A stretch of DNA of 64,000 nt from Octopus sinensis (lineage: Eukaryota), in contig NC_043011.1 in NCBI RefSeq assembly GCF_006345805.1, positions 48,682,464 to 48,746,463 of the forward strand, written 5' to 3'. Below the pieces are notes generated by a model. The model saw only the letters and a list, made by a program, of their open reading frames with translations. It ran no database searches and was not told where the DNA came from. Shown in pieces: positions 11,818 through 24,854 of this stretch; the stretch's first letter is position 1; every line of letters begins with the position of its first letter. The translations under genes were made by a program, and so were the position numbers.

Positions 11818-12164
11818 CACCAGAACTGTCCTATGTGTAAAATTTTGATCACAACAACATACTTCATAGGTAGATAAAACCATGGCAATTTTGAACAGTT
11901 GCATATAAAATGAGTTACATTTCTGAGATTAATTACAAAATCTGTAGCAGTTGTCGCATCCTCATGTTTTTTTTTTATCTGCATTTGTATTCCATTTTTT
12001 TCCATCAAATATTTTGTTGCCACTTCTAATTCCTGGATTGCAAAAGGATACCCTTCAAAGGAAGAGCAAATCTAAGCAACTTTTTCAAACTCCATATCAA
12101 CATCCACTGAGAATGTCACAACCAATTCAAGACTCTTCATATTATTCATGTGTTTTGTATGTAT

Positions 12165-12575
12165 ACTCTTTTACTCTTTTACTTGTTTCAGTCATTTGAC
12201 TGCGGCCATGCTGGAGCACCGCCTTTTAATCAAGCAACTCGACCCCGGGACTTATTCTTTGTAAGCCCAGTACTTATTCTATCGGTCTCTTTTGCCGAAC
12301 CGCTAAGTGACGGGGGCATAAACACACCAGCATCGGTTGTCAAGCAATGCTAGGGGGACAACAGACACACAAACACACACATATACACATACATATATAT
12401 ATATACATATATACGACGGGCTTCTTTCAGTTTCCGTCTACCAAATCTACTCACAAGGCTTTGGTCGGCCCGAGGCTATAGTAGAAGACACTTGCCCAAG
12501 GTGCCACGCAGTGGGACTGAACCCGGAACCATGTGGTTGGTAAACAAGCTACTTACCACACAGTCACTCCTGCGC
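12165..12575 (-). mobile_element. SINE family A
   Basis: Full-length reverse copy with retained CpGs. Confidence 0.9.
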
Positions 12576-12591
12576 CTATATATTCAAGTCA

Positions 12592-12975
12592 GTGGAGGCG
12601 CAATGGCCCAGTGGTTAGGGCAGCGGACTCGCGGTCATAGGATCGCGGTTTCGATTCCCAGACCGGGCGTTGTGAGTGTTTATTGAGCGAAAACACCTAA
12701 AGCTCCACGAGGCTCCGGCAGGGGATGGTGGTGATCCCTGCTGTACTCTTTCACCACAACTTTCTCTCACTCTTACTTCCTGTTTCTGTTGTACCTGTAT
12801 TTCAAAGGGCCGGCCTTGTCACTCTTTGTGTCACGCTGTATATCCACGAGAACTACGTTAAAGGTACACGTGTCTGTGGAGTGCTCAGCCACTTACACGT
12901 TAATTTCACGAGCAGGCTGTTCCGTTGATTCGGATCAACCGGAACCCTCGTCGTCGTAACCGAAGGAGTGCTTCC
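12592..12975 (+). mobile_element. Young SINE family C (tRNA-Arg-like head), tail type 1, with 12-bp TSD
   Basis: TSD ATATTCAAGTCA at 12580-12591 and 12976-12987; head tggcccagtggttagggcagcggactcgcgg...gtttcgattccc; CpG-rich. Confidence 0.9.
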
Positions 12976-13189
12976 ATATTCAAGTCACCTGAAGTAGGTT
13001 GGTGCTTCAATCTTTTTGTGAGCCAGTTATATACATTTTAGATTTTCTCAACAAATAAGCTAAGAGTGCACCACAATTGTAAAAAGCTTATAAAGAGAGT
13101 GACTGTCTCCTCGGTATATATACCTGTGATTAATTTGTTCTATCAAAGACAACACAATCATTTTCTGAATTAAGCTTTGGCCAGAATGA

Positions 13190-13420
13190 ATCCAAATTGT
13201 CTATGGCTTGGAAAATGAAGTCTGGAACAGCATGTTGAAGGCCTCTAGCATCTACAAAAAAGCAAAGAGAACCAAACGCTTTCTTGTAACCTATTCAGAC
13301 TCCAATCAAATTCCTTTTATGCCATCACACCTGTTAATTAGAAGTTGTTTTGCACATTCCAAACTCTTTTCTGCCCAGCTACTTATTCAGTTGTGATGAT
13401 ATTATAACTATCAGCTATCA
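13190..13420 (-). pseudogene. Decayed reverse-transcriptase fragment of an R2/NeSL-group LINE
   Basis: Minus strand reads ECAKQLLIN and IGYKKAFGSL, resembling GCKEQLLIN / IDYKKAFDSV RT motifs; frameshifted. Confidence 0.5.
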
Positions 13421-13633
13421 TGGTGATGCTAAAGAAATAGGTTCAGGCAAGCTGGCATGTAATTGTTGGTAGTTCTTCTCCATGTGAGTGGCATTGTTTT
13501 TTTTTTGGTTATCAGACTCTCTGCCAGTGCCAACCCATTGGTGTATTTATATCTCCACGAAGAACTACAGCTGGTATGAACGTATGTGTGTGATTGTGTG
13601 CATCCAATTTATACAAATCTATGAAAGCATTAG

Positions 13634-13925
13634 TGGTGGCGCAATGGCCCAGTGGTTGGGGCAGCGGACTCGCGGTCAGAGGATCATGGTTTCGATTCCC
13701 AGACCGGGTGTTGTGTGTGTTTATTGAGCGAAAATACCTGAAAGCTCCACGAGGCTCCAGCAGGAGGTGGTGGCAACCCCTGTTGTACTCTTTTGTCCCA
13801 ACTTTCTAGCAATCTTTCTTCCTATTTCTTGAGTAACGCTGCGATGGACTGGCATCCCACGCCATAGAAACTGGGAAACCAGGCCCATGAGCCTGGCTAG
13901 GCTTGAAAAGGGGCGCATAAATAAA
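13634..13925 (+). mobile_element. SINE family C head with tail type 2
   Basis: Same ~190-nt 5' part as 12592; 3' part equals the tail of 9304-9540. Confidence 0.85.
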
Positions 13926-14227
13926 AAAAAATGAAAGTGTTACATTGTATTTCTTTGCTGTTAAAAAACTGGGAGAGGTTTTTGTATATTGAATATGATT
14001 TAGAAACAATTGCACATATCATTCTACCATATTGTTGATAATAATTTATAATTATTTGGTTTGTATTATTTTATAATTTATTTGGTTTATTTTTGTTTCA
14101 TTTTGTCATTTCTTTGTTATTTCCAGTACATTAGTTCTAGGTCTGTGTTTGTATTTATTGATCCATTTGTGTAGCTTTTCATCCCTTCGGTACACATATT
14201 GTCTTTTAATATAGTAACAGGGAGAAA

Positions 14228-15190
14228 TGATGATGTCAATGATGATTATGATGATTATTATTATTTTGACGATTATGATGATGATGATGAGAATGACAGT
14301 GGAAGTAGAGGAACTTGATGATAACAAAGATGGTGACAAAAGTTGAGAATGATGATGATGGTGAAGTGAAGGAAGACACTGAAGATGCTGATGAAGATGA
14401 CAAAGTTGAAGAATATGATGATGATGATAAAGATAAAAATAATTAAGAAGATAAAGATGCTGATGCTTATTATGATGATGATGAGGCCTCCACCACCGAC
14501 AACGATGATGATGTCAGAAATGATGAGAATAACAAAGATGAAGATTATTACGATGAGGATACAGCGAGGATGCTGATGATGAAAATGATGTTGATGATGA
14601 TGACGACAACTATAATGATGATGATGATAATGATGATGATGATGACAGAAATGATGGGAATAACAAGGATGAAGATGAGGATTATTAGGATGAAGATACA
14701 GCGAGGATACTGATGATGAAAAGGATGATGATGACAATGTTGATGATGTTAACGACGCCACCAATGATGACGATGCCAGAAATGATGAGAATAACAAGGA
14801 TGAAGATGAGGATTATTAGGATGTTGAAAATGATGAGAATACTGATGATGAAAATGATGTTGATGATGATGACGATGATGATGATAACAACGCCACCACT
14901 GACGATGACAACAGAAATGATGAGAATAACAAGGATGAAGATGAGGATTATTAGGATGATGAAAATGATGAGAATACTGATGATGAAAATGATGTTGATG
15001 ATGATGACGATGATGATGATAACAACGCCACCACTGACGATGACAACAGAAATGATGAGAATAACAAGGATGAAGAAGATGAGGATTATGAAGTTGATGA
15101 TACAACGATGATACTGATTATGAAAATGATGCTGCCGGTGATGATGATGATGATGATGATAATGATGGTATTGATGATGATAATGACAAT
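14228..15190. repeat. Degenerate (GAT)n tract with ~130-135 bp higher-order repeat
   Basis: agaaatgatg.gaataacaa recurs near 14517, 14647, 14779, 14914 and 15049. Confidence 0.9.
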
Positions 15191-16249
15191 CTAAATTCTA
15201 TTCTTAGTTAGTGAAGACAATTTCTTATTGGTTTTCAACACTGATATATAATTTAATTGTTCAGCTTCTGTGAGTTAGTTACATGTTTAATTTAACTTTA
15301 CGATGGATCGCTGTCATGGCTGAACATGATGGAACATAGTCACGTTGGAATGAAACATTATAACCACAAACACTATCTAATTACATAGACTACGTGCTTT
15401 ATATGCTGAGTAGAGCAGTGTGTGTGTGTGTGTGTGTGAGTATGTGTTTGTGTGTATCTGTGTATGAGCAGGTGTGATGGGTGAGTAGATGTGTATGTAT
15501 TTATAGATGTGCGTGAGTACGTGTGTGAATATGTGGGAAAATACATGTGTGTATTGGTTTGCATTCGTGTGTATATCTGTAAGTATAAATACATGAGAGT
15601 GTGTGTGAGTGTGTGTGTGTGTGTATGTGCATGTGTGTGTGTGTGTAATGAAATACCTCAAGTTTATACATGTACAAACATGTTTATGTTATGCTGTGAA
15701 GAGCTGTGTGTGTCTGCATGTATCCGTATGTAGACGTGTGTGTTTACATCCTCATATCACATGTATGTATGTATGTATGTATGTATGTATGTATATATAT
15801 GTATATGCATGTGTGTGTGTGTGCATGTATGTATGTATATATATATATGTATGTATGTCAGTATATGCATAAGCACGTGTATGCATTCCTTCCTGGTTTC
15901 AATTGTTGTTTCAATACCTGACAATTCTACCACAAATATATAAAATATATATAAATACACATACGCGCACACACACACACATTCATAATACAAGCACTAC
16001 GCAAAATGCACAATGCAGAACGCACACATACATACACACACATATACACACAGAAAAGTCAAAACAGTATGGAACACAGCAGAAATATTGCATACACATT
16101 GCAAAGTCGCTACAGAACACAAATATTTCATATGTTTGAAGTAAAAAACGAAACAAAGAACCATTTTCAACTTAAAATCACATTAATCATTTAAGCTTCA
16201 TTAGAATATGCATGAACATGCATGCATACACAGACGCACACACACACAC

Positions 16250-16276
16250 ATATATATACATATGTATATACATACA

Positions 16277-16310
<34 letters not shown>

Positions 16311-16316
16311 CATACA

Positions 16317-16347
<31 letters not shown>

Positions 16348-16530
16348 TACATACATACATACATACATCATACATACATATACATACATACATACATACA
16401 TACATACATACATACATAATACATACATACATACATATATACATACATACATACATACATACATACATACATAATACATACATACATACATATATACATA
16501 CATATATATATACATACATACATACATACA

Positions 16531-16561
<31 letters not shown>

Positions 16562-16641
16562 TACATACATACATACATACATACATACATACATAACATA
16601 CATACATACTACATACATACATACATATATACATACATACA

Positions 16642-16673
<32 letters not shown>

Positions 16674-16896
16674 CATACATACATACATACATACATAATA
16701 CATACATATATACATACATACATACATACTACATACATACATATATACATACATACATAATACATACATATACATACATATATACATACTACTACATACA
16801 TATATACATACATACATACATACATACATACATACATAATACATACATACATACATATATACATACATATATATATACATCATACATACATACTAT

Positions 16897-16929
<33 letters not shown>

Positions 16930-17027
16930 TACATACATACAACATACATACATACATACATACATACATACATAATACATACATAATATATACATACATA
17001 CCTACATACATACATACATATCATACA

Positions 17028-17060
<33 letters not shown>
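16250..17060. repeat. (ATAC)n microsatellite, ~800 bp
   Basis: Direct reading. Confidence 0.95.
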
Positions 17061-17061
<1 letters not shown>

Positions 17062-17074
17062 CAGGAGTCTGGTG

Positions 17075-17470
17075 CAGCCTTCCAGCTTGCCAGACCTGGT
17101 CAAACCATCCAACCTATACTAGCGGGGACAACGGATGTTAAATGATAATGATGATGATAATATATATATATATGTTCAAGCGTGATCGTTGCCAGTGTCA
17201 CCTGACTGGCTCCTCTGTACTGGTGGTACGTAAAAAGCACCATTTGAGCATGGCCAATGCCAGTACTGCCTGACTGGTCTTCATGCCAGTGGCATGTAAA
17301 AGCACCCACTACATTCTTGGAGTGGTTGGCATTAGGAAGGGCATCCAGCTGTAGAAAATTTGCCAGATCAGATTGGATCCTGGTGCAGCATTCTGGCTCG
17401 CCAGCTCTCAGTCAAACCATCCAATCCATGCCAGCATGGAAAGCAGACGTTAAACAACGATGATGATGAT
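17075..17470 (+). mobile_element. Two tandem SINE family B fragments
   Basis: 3' end at 17075-17160 and a longer copy at 17170-17470, both GAT-tailed. Confidence 0.8.
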
Positions 17471-17484
17471 GTTGATATATATAT

Positions 17485-17520
<36 letters not shown>

Positions 17521-18204
17521 AGCAGACAGACAGACTGACAGATAGATGGATAGATAGAGAGATATGTGTGTGCATATATATATACAAATGTTATTGTGAT
17601 TATCCCATCTTCTGTTAGACATATATCACCCAATATATCTTTTCTTTCTAATATGTGATTTAAGGGACACTTGGCTGCTGTTTTGAGCAGGTGAAGTCAA
17701 GTAACTGCATTAATTCTACCTCACTGCTTCCAACTTTGAATGACATTGTTGGTAACAGGATGGTGTTGTACTGTAGCAGGCAGTTATGTCTTGTTTCAAC
17801 ACATTGGCAGTAGCCAACTAAAGGACCATTTTGTTGTTATTGTAACTGTTGCAATAAATATTAATGTCTCCAAAGACGCAAAGCATTAGCGAAAGAACAG
17901 TATTAAGTTCTCCTGTTTCCTCACTTTAAATGAATAAATAATCACTGTACTTTACCCTTGGGCCATATATCAGTCAAATGCTGGTAACAGTTAGAGAAGT
18001 TCCACTCACTAACCACTACAGTAAGATGAACTGAACTGGGGTGTTTCTCTGTGAGAAAAGAATTAAGAGTGCACATGGCTTTTGTGGTAGATCTCTTACA
18101 CTAGTGAGGTCAGTGTATTTGATGTTTATCATGAACATATGTTGAGAGATGCAGGTAAGCAGGGCAAGGAATTTCTCTTATGGCATTATTTTCGTTTTCC
18201 TTAA

Positions 18205-18420
18205 GGCAGAGAGCTGGCAGAATTGATAACATATAAAACAAAATGCTTAGCACCATCTCTTCTAGTTTTACATTCTGCATTCAAATTCTGCTGAAGCTGA
18301 CTTTGCCCGTCATCTTTGCAGGGTCAAAGTAAGTACCAGTTGAGCCCTGAGATCAATGCAATGAACTATACTCCCCTCGATACCTTCAGGCCTTTAGTGT
18401 ATACTAGAAAGAATTATTCT
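18205..18420 (+). mobile_element. SINE family D (ggcagagagctggcagaa head), diverged
   Basis: ttcaaattctgctgaag..gactttgcc..aagtaccagt motif, also seen at 47020 and reversed at 19409. Confidence 0.65.
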
Positions 18421-19408
18421 AAATTCCCTTGTCAGTAAATGATTATTCCTTAAGAACTTATATATTCTTTCAGTCATTCTAAAGTCTGAAATGTAGGAGG
18501 AAGACTATATTTCATAGAAGAGGATTAATAAGGTAGAAACATGACAAGACATTGTCAGCATACTTTTCCCTTGTCAGGAAATGATTATTCCTTAAGAACT
18601 TATATATTCTTTCAGTCATTCTAAAGTCTGAAATGTAAGAGGAAGGCTATATTTCATAGAAGAGGTTTAATAAGATAGAAATACGACAAGACTTTGTCAG
18701 TACACTTGCTAAAAATCAGATTAAGCATGTTACTTGCTGCAAACTTCAGTTTGATCTAATAACAAATTTCAGAGCCTTTCTCTTTTACTTGTTTTGATAG
18801 TAATTATTATTGACATTAATGGTTTTTATTTTTCATTATTAGTATAACTTTATAAAAGAAATCTTTGTTAATAATTAAAGAAATTGTTACTAGGTGTTAT
18901 TTTAATTGATTAAAACAAACGGGTGGGGTGGGGTGGGCTTTCTACAGAATCTGTATGCCAATTAGATGTGGTAAGGAATGGCAAAAATGAGAACGGTAAA
19001 GCATGGGTGTAGGAATGCTGTTTGCATTCCTACAAAACTAGGAATATCCAGTCAATAGACTCAGTGAAATACCTGTATTAAATCTGAGTTCAATTTGAAT
19101 CATTTGGATATCCTTTCACTATATTGACCATTTTATGAACACTTTCCATTTGTAACCAATCCATATATAAGTGTATGTATGTTAAAATGTGTGACTGCTA
19201 ACCATGTGGGGGCTGTGTTCAATCCCATAATGTGGCAAAATCTGTAACCATTGTCTCATGTTGATCAATACCTTGTCAGTAAGATTTGGCAGATAGAAAT
19301 TGTCTCCATCTTTAGGATGGAATGCAGTACTGGAGGTTGTTGTAATATGATATTGAGTAAATTAAACTATTATTTTGAAGCTAGGAAGTGACTCCATATG
19401 TAATTTAT

Positions 19409-19785
19409 TTTTTTATTGCCCACAAGGGGTTACGAGATAGTGAAGATGCCGACGACCGCTCGGTTCAAAGTCTCCCTTGACCACAAATGGCCTGAACTCT
19501 TTGCATGAACACCACCCTGTACATAACTCCATGACCCCCTACATGGCCTTGCTTTTTGCTTTTTGAGCCAAAAATTTAAATTAACTTAACTTAACTTAAC
19601 TTAACAAACAAACACAGACAAGGCTATTAAGTTGATTACATCGACCCCAGTGATTAATTGGTACTTATTTAATTGACCCTGAAAAGATGAAAGGCAAAGT
19701 CGACCTCAGCGAAATTTAAACTCGGAACCTAACAGCAGATGAAATATTGCTAGGCATTTTGCCTGACATGCTAACATTTCTGCCA
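19409..19785 (-). mobile_element. SINE family D with 13-bp TSD, carrying a nested LINE 3' end
   Basis: TSD ATATGTAATTTAT at 19396-19408 and 19786-19798. Confidence 0.8.
19430..19607 (+). mobile_element. 5'-truncated CR1-like LINE 3' end with (TTAAC)n tail
   Basis: Reads YEIVKMPTTARFKVSLDHKWPELFA*, like the CR1 ORF2 end (VV.A.S...FK..LD..W); (TTAAC)n at ~19580-19603. Confidence 0.55.
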
Positions 19786-20226
19786 ATATGTAATTTATAA
19801 CATCAAACATAGAGTAGTGTCTCTTTGGGTGTAAGTGTATGTGAATGTTTTGAGATGCTCTTACACACATATTTATGTATGCATATATATAGACTAAAAT
19901 CAAAACACACAGACACATGTGTGTGTGTGTTATATATATATATATATAGGTTAAAATCAAAGTTTTAATTTAAATTTAAAATTCAAACTTTGCACGTTGG
20001 GCATGCCCCAAATAGTATGCTTATAAAACATGTTGCCTCTCTTGAGTATATCCTATTGACAAGAGTCAATAAACTTGAAACATTGATGTCTGGGATTCCT
20101 GATAAATGGCAACACTAAACAAACTGAGTGTTTTCACACCTTTTACCATGAGAGAGATATTATCTCCATGGTAACTGCAGTGTAAATATGTCATAAACAT
20201 ATTTTAACTAACCTAAAGTTTGCTTT

Positions 20227-20292
<66 letters not shown>

Positions 20293-21964
20293 CTGTTATG
20301 TTAAACTGTCGTATGTCCAAATTTTGCCAAATGCATCTTTTACAATATTTATTTTTGCTTTCAATAGCCAGTTCTTTTGGTCAAACTGTCGTATCTCCAG
20401 CTGCTTTAGATGCCAAGATATCAAAAATTACCAAAGTGTAGTAGATTTGCAATGGAATGGGGAAATTATTTTTTGTTTTCGACACTTTTGCATAATAGCA
20501 ACGATATATATACATATATATATATATATATATTTGGATCTTCTATATATATGAAGAATTTTCTTCTGTCTGGCTGTTTTTCTCTCTACAAAATGGGAAG
20601 TTGCATTATGGAACTGTCATTTTAACGAGATTTTTTAAAAATTTCTTTATCACCCGACGAGATACGTATGCACCACCGGGTACTCCAGTACCAGCTTTTG
20701 TGTATCTCACAAGAGGAATCAATGCTAGATGTGTTGAAACAATTGTTGTGATTAATGCTATATTCTTGTATATTCCATCTTCTGTCTTTCATTTGTTATA
20801 TCTATCTATCTATCTATCTATATATATATATATATATATATCGTATTTATATTCATATTTATTGTTTTAAGCTTAAGGAATAGATAAAGAGACTGATATT
20901 TCTCATATCTGGTAGAGCACACATGCTTAGTGTGGAACTAAATAGTGCACTAAACTGTACTATGAGATGGTGTCTTTTTTTCTTTTATTGTTAGAATGGC
21001 TGTGTGGAAAGAAGCTTGCTTCTCAACGACATGTTTCTGAATTCAGTCCCACTGCATGGCACCTTCTACTATAGTCTCAGGCTGGCTGAAGTTCTGTGAC
21101 TGTGTGTGTATGTGTGTTTGTCTCTCAACCACCAAGTGACAGCTGCTGTTGATGTGATTATGCTCTCATAACTTAGTGGTTCATCAAAAGATATTGATAG
21201 AATAAGCATTAAGCTTATGAAAAAAAAAAATTACTTTAAAATGACATTGCCCCAGCATGGCCGGAGTCTAATAAATAAAACAAGTAACACAAAAAAGTAA
21301 AAATAAACAAGATGATAAATCAAGAAATTTTCTAACTACATTACGAAACCTAATTATGACTCAAAGCTACAAAGGTATGTCGAGGACTGGATGAATGAAT
21401 TCATCTTAAGAACATTGTCTGATTCCTTATTGAAATATCAGGGATAAAGGTGGAAATATAGAAACGTCTTAACAATGGATAAATGTACTTTGAGTATAGT
21501 ATTTCACAGTGCATATGTAATATAATTATCTGAGGTCTCTGGGGATATTGGTAAAATGAAACAGCACTGTGTATATGGGAAAAAGAATGTATGTAAACAC
21601 ACAATGCTAGGTGAGAAGAGTTATGTACAAAGGTGTCTTTTCTTTAATATTATTCTATAAATAGCATTTTATAAACAACACACATACACACACACAGATG
21701 TAAATAGAGAGATACATATATAAATATCGATGTCTACAAAACATGCAGATTATCTCGAAGCAACGTAATCATTTCTCAATGAATCTTCACCAAATGTTAC
21801 AAGAAGATTACCATTTGTTGCCTGGAATCGTGCATGAAGAAAACAATTCCCAGGTCTGAAATCCCCTTAGGGTGGAGAAGAAATAAATCTAGAAAGGAGA
21901 TATAGGGGGACAAAATTGTAGCAGAGTAGTAGTGTTGAAGATATATACATATACATACATATGT

Positions 21965-22615
21965 AGGCACAGGAGTGGCTGTGTGGTAAGTAGCTTGCTT
22001 ACCAACCACATGGTTCTGGGTTCAGTCCCACTGTGTAGCACCTTGGGCAAGTGTCTTGTACTGTAACCTTGGGCAAGTGTCTTGTACTGTAACCTTGGGC
22101 TGACCAAAGCCTTGTGAGTGGATTTGGTTGACAGAAACTGAAAGAAGCCCATCGTATATATGTGTGTATATATATATATAATCAAAAAAGGGTAATAACA
22201 TAGATTACTACCAGTGGCCCAGCACAAAAGACGAATTAGTCATTAGACAAAGTATTATTCATATAGAAATATAATTAAGGGCTCCTAAATAAGGATGCCA
22301 AGTGCTAGGGACACAAAAAAGGGATAAATTCATCGAGAGTGAAAATCAAAAATGTTTACCATTACCGATACATCCTGGACTGATCAGTTTATTTATAATA
22401 TATATATATGTATGTTGGTGTGTCAGTGTTTGTCCCCCCAACATCGCTTCACAACTGATGCTGGTGTGTTTACGTCCCCGTCACATAGCGGATCGGCAAA
22501 AGAGACTGATAGAATAAGTAGTACGCTTACAAAGATTAAGTTCTGGGGTCGATTTGCACAACTAAAGGTGGTGCTCCAGCATGGCTGCAGTTAAATGACT
22601 GAAAAGAATAAAAGA
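21965..22615 (+). mobile_element. SINE family A split at its internal (TA)n by a ~220-bp insertion
   Basis: 5' half 21965-22160 (with a local 26-bp duplication), foreign segment 22180-22400, 3' half 22410-22615. Confidence 0.8.
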
Positions 22616-22619
22616 ACAT

Positions 22620-22812
22620 ACATCATCATCATTGTTTAACGTCTGCTTTCCAAGCTGGCATGGGTTGGATGGCTTGATTGAGGAGTGGCAAGCCAGTGGG
22701 CTGCACCAGGCTCCAATCTGATCTGGCAACGTTTCTACAGCTGGATGTCCTTCCCAACGGAGACCACTCCGAGTGTGTAGTGGGTGCTTTTTACATGTCA
22801 CCAGCACAGGAG
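22620..22812 (-). mobile_element. SINE family B 3' fragment
   Basis: Reverse complement of the family B tail. Confidence 0.8.
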
Positions 22813-23059
22813 CCAGACAGGGGGCACTGGCACCCAGTACAGTATACTGTTCCATGAAGGTAAGATCAACAAAAAAGGTACTCCATCTGGTGCGGGATAA
22901 ATATTATTTATTAAGCACAGTATATTTCTTGATGAGTATACTCACAGTCTCACACAATGATAACAACTTGGACAGCAAATGTGTTATAAAATGCTGTCTG
23001 AGTAGTTTTTATCACATGAAACTATTAGCAGCTCATAAAAATATACACTGTTTTTATCG

Positions 23060-23110
<51 letters not shown>

Positions 23111-23118
23111 TATATATC

Positions 23119-23408
23119 AGTGGAGTCGCAATGGCCCAGTGGTTGGGACAGCGGACTCATGGTTTCAATTCCCAGACCGGGCGTTGTGAGTGTTTATTGA
23201 GCGAAAGCACCTAAAGCTCCACGATGCTCTGGCAGGGGGTGGTAGCCATCCCTGCTGTACTCTTTCGCCACAACTTTCTCTCACTCTTTCTTCTGTTGGC
23301 CTGCATGCTTAGCCAGTGGGGTGGCGTCACTTGAAGGCTAAAACAATGCAAAGCGCATTGTGACCAGCGATGTGTAGCAACATCTGATAGCCTGGTCGAT
23401 CACGGTAA
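23119..23408 (+). mobile_element. SINE family C head with tail type 3
   Basis: Family C 5' part, then ctgttggcctg...gtgaccagcgatgtg...gcctggtcg tail, as at 30289. Confidence 0.85.
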
Positions 23409-23418
23409 TATATATATA

Positions 23419-24854
23419 TCTCTATAATTATAACTGAGAATGTGTGTCTGTCTGTCTGTCTGTCTGTGTGTTTCCCTAAAACTTGAGAACTACACAACCA
23501 ATTTCATTCAAATTTTACACATGCCTTACTTAAGGTTCGGGGAGTGTCATCGCCAAAAAAATCTTAACTTTTTCCCTAGGGCAATATTATATCTTCTCCA
23601 CTATTTCAGTATTATGTGTTAAAAGTGAAACAAAAACATCTCTCTTGTAGACACTTTCACTATTAAAGTGAAAGTATTATATAACAGGGATGAACCATTA
23701 ACAATGGTCATCCATTTTGCTAGAAGAAGATCCACTATGGTCTTATATGCTACACCACTGGTTTTCAATTCATATTAATCAAATTAATATTCAATTTTTC
23801 AATCTTATTATATGTGTGTGTGTGTGTTAGCAATTCGTATAAAATTGCATCAATGACTTGAACTTGAATAAGTGGTTTCACATAAATGGGGATAAATTAA
23901 AAAGGTTTGTTGTTATCATTATTACTGTTTGACTATTGTAATCACATTTGTTGGTTCCTCGTCAGGCAAACGTTGTTGTGTTGCATTTGTTAAATAATTG
24001 TAAACCGTAACCCTCCCCCTTTCAGAGAAGGGGCTTTGGTTATTGTTTAAAAATTGAATTGTGAGAGACGGAGAGAGAGAGTAAGTGACGACCTTCATAA
24101 AATATAAAATGTAAAATGTTTTGTGCTTTCTTAAACACGAGATATAGTGTTCAAATTCAGGATGTTTTTGAAAGACACTATATTTTATAATCATAGTATA
24201 TATACTTTCTCACACAACAATTACAGTATATTTATTTTAAATCATTAATTTATTTTAAATCTTTCATCTTTCTCCCCCCTCTCTCTCACACACATTACTT
24301 TGGGTGCGAAAGAGTTTTGTTTTTATATTACGCCGAGTAAAAAAGTGTTTTGTTGACAATCCATTTATTTAACAAAGAGGTGAGTAGCAATTTGTCAGTG
24401 AATTGCACAATATAAATGGTTACAATTTCTGAGGCTTCCACCACACCCACTCCATTTCACAGACCACAAAAAGGGTTTTGTAGCATATTAAGAGGCCAGA
24501 GTAGTTGATTCCACACAAAAAAAACTGATTATTTTTCTTAGTGAAAATCGTGCGAGTGTTAATCTACAAATTTAACAACATTTTTCCATTCATTTCTGTT
24601 TATGAGCATGTATGCATGCACAAAACATGCAATAGGTGTACGTACGTACATGTGTGTTCGTGTCTGTTGCTCATATATATTTATATTATATTATATTATA
24701 TTATATATATATATAATATATATATAATATAACCAATTTCAACAGATTTTGCCCAAAGTTGACGTCCATATTTCTTAGTTTGGTTCGAAATAAAGAACTT
24801 GATTAGCTTAATAATCATAACTTAATCCCGGGCAAGGCCGGGTTATACTGCTAG
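23419..24854 (+). mobile_element. Non-autonomous Helitron-like element
   Basis: 5' A|TC, (TCTG)n near the 5' end, 3' hairpin CCCGG-gcaagg-CCGGG then CTAG|T at 24851-24855. Confidence 0.75.

Noticed and set aside
12592-12665. tRNA-Arg gene (also the other SINE heads)
   Set aside because: A/B boxes are present, but the acceptor stem is incomplete and the sequence continues into a SINE body with TSDs.
13130-13250. Minus-strand exon after ttttttgtag
   Set aside because: The apparent acceptor overlaps a decayed LINE RT motif (YKKAF), and all frames stop.
14713-15111. Met-rich ORF as a reflectin or shell-matrix protein
   Set aside because: It lacks the Tyr/Trp-containing reflectin motif and is the ATG frame of a (GAT)n satellite.
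23955-23990. Hammerhead from CTGACGAGG on the minus strand
   Set aside because: No closing stem II or GAAA downstream.
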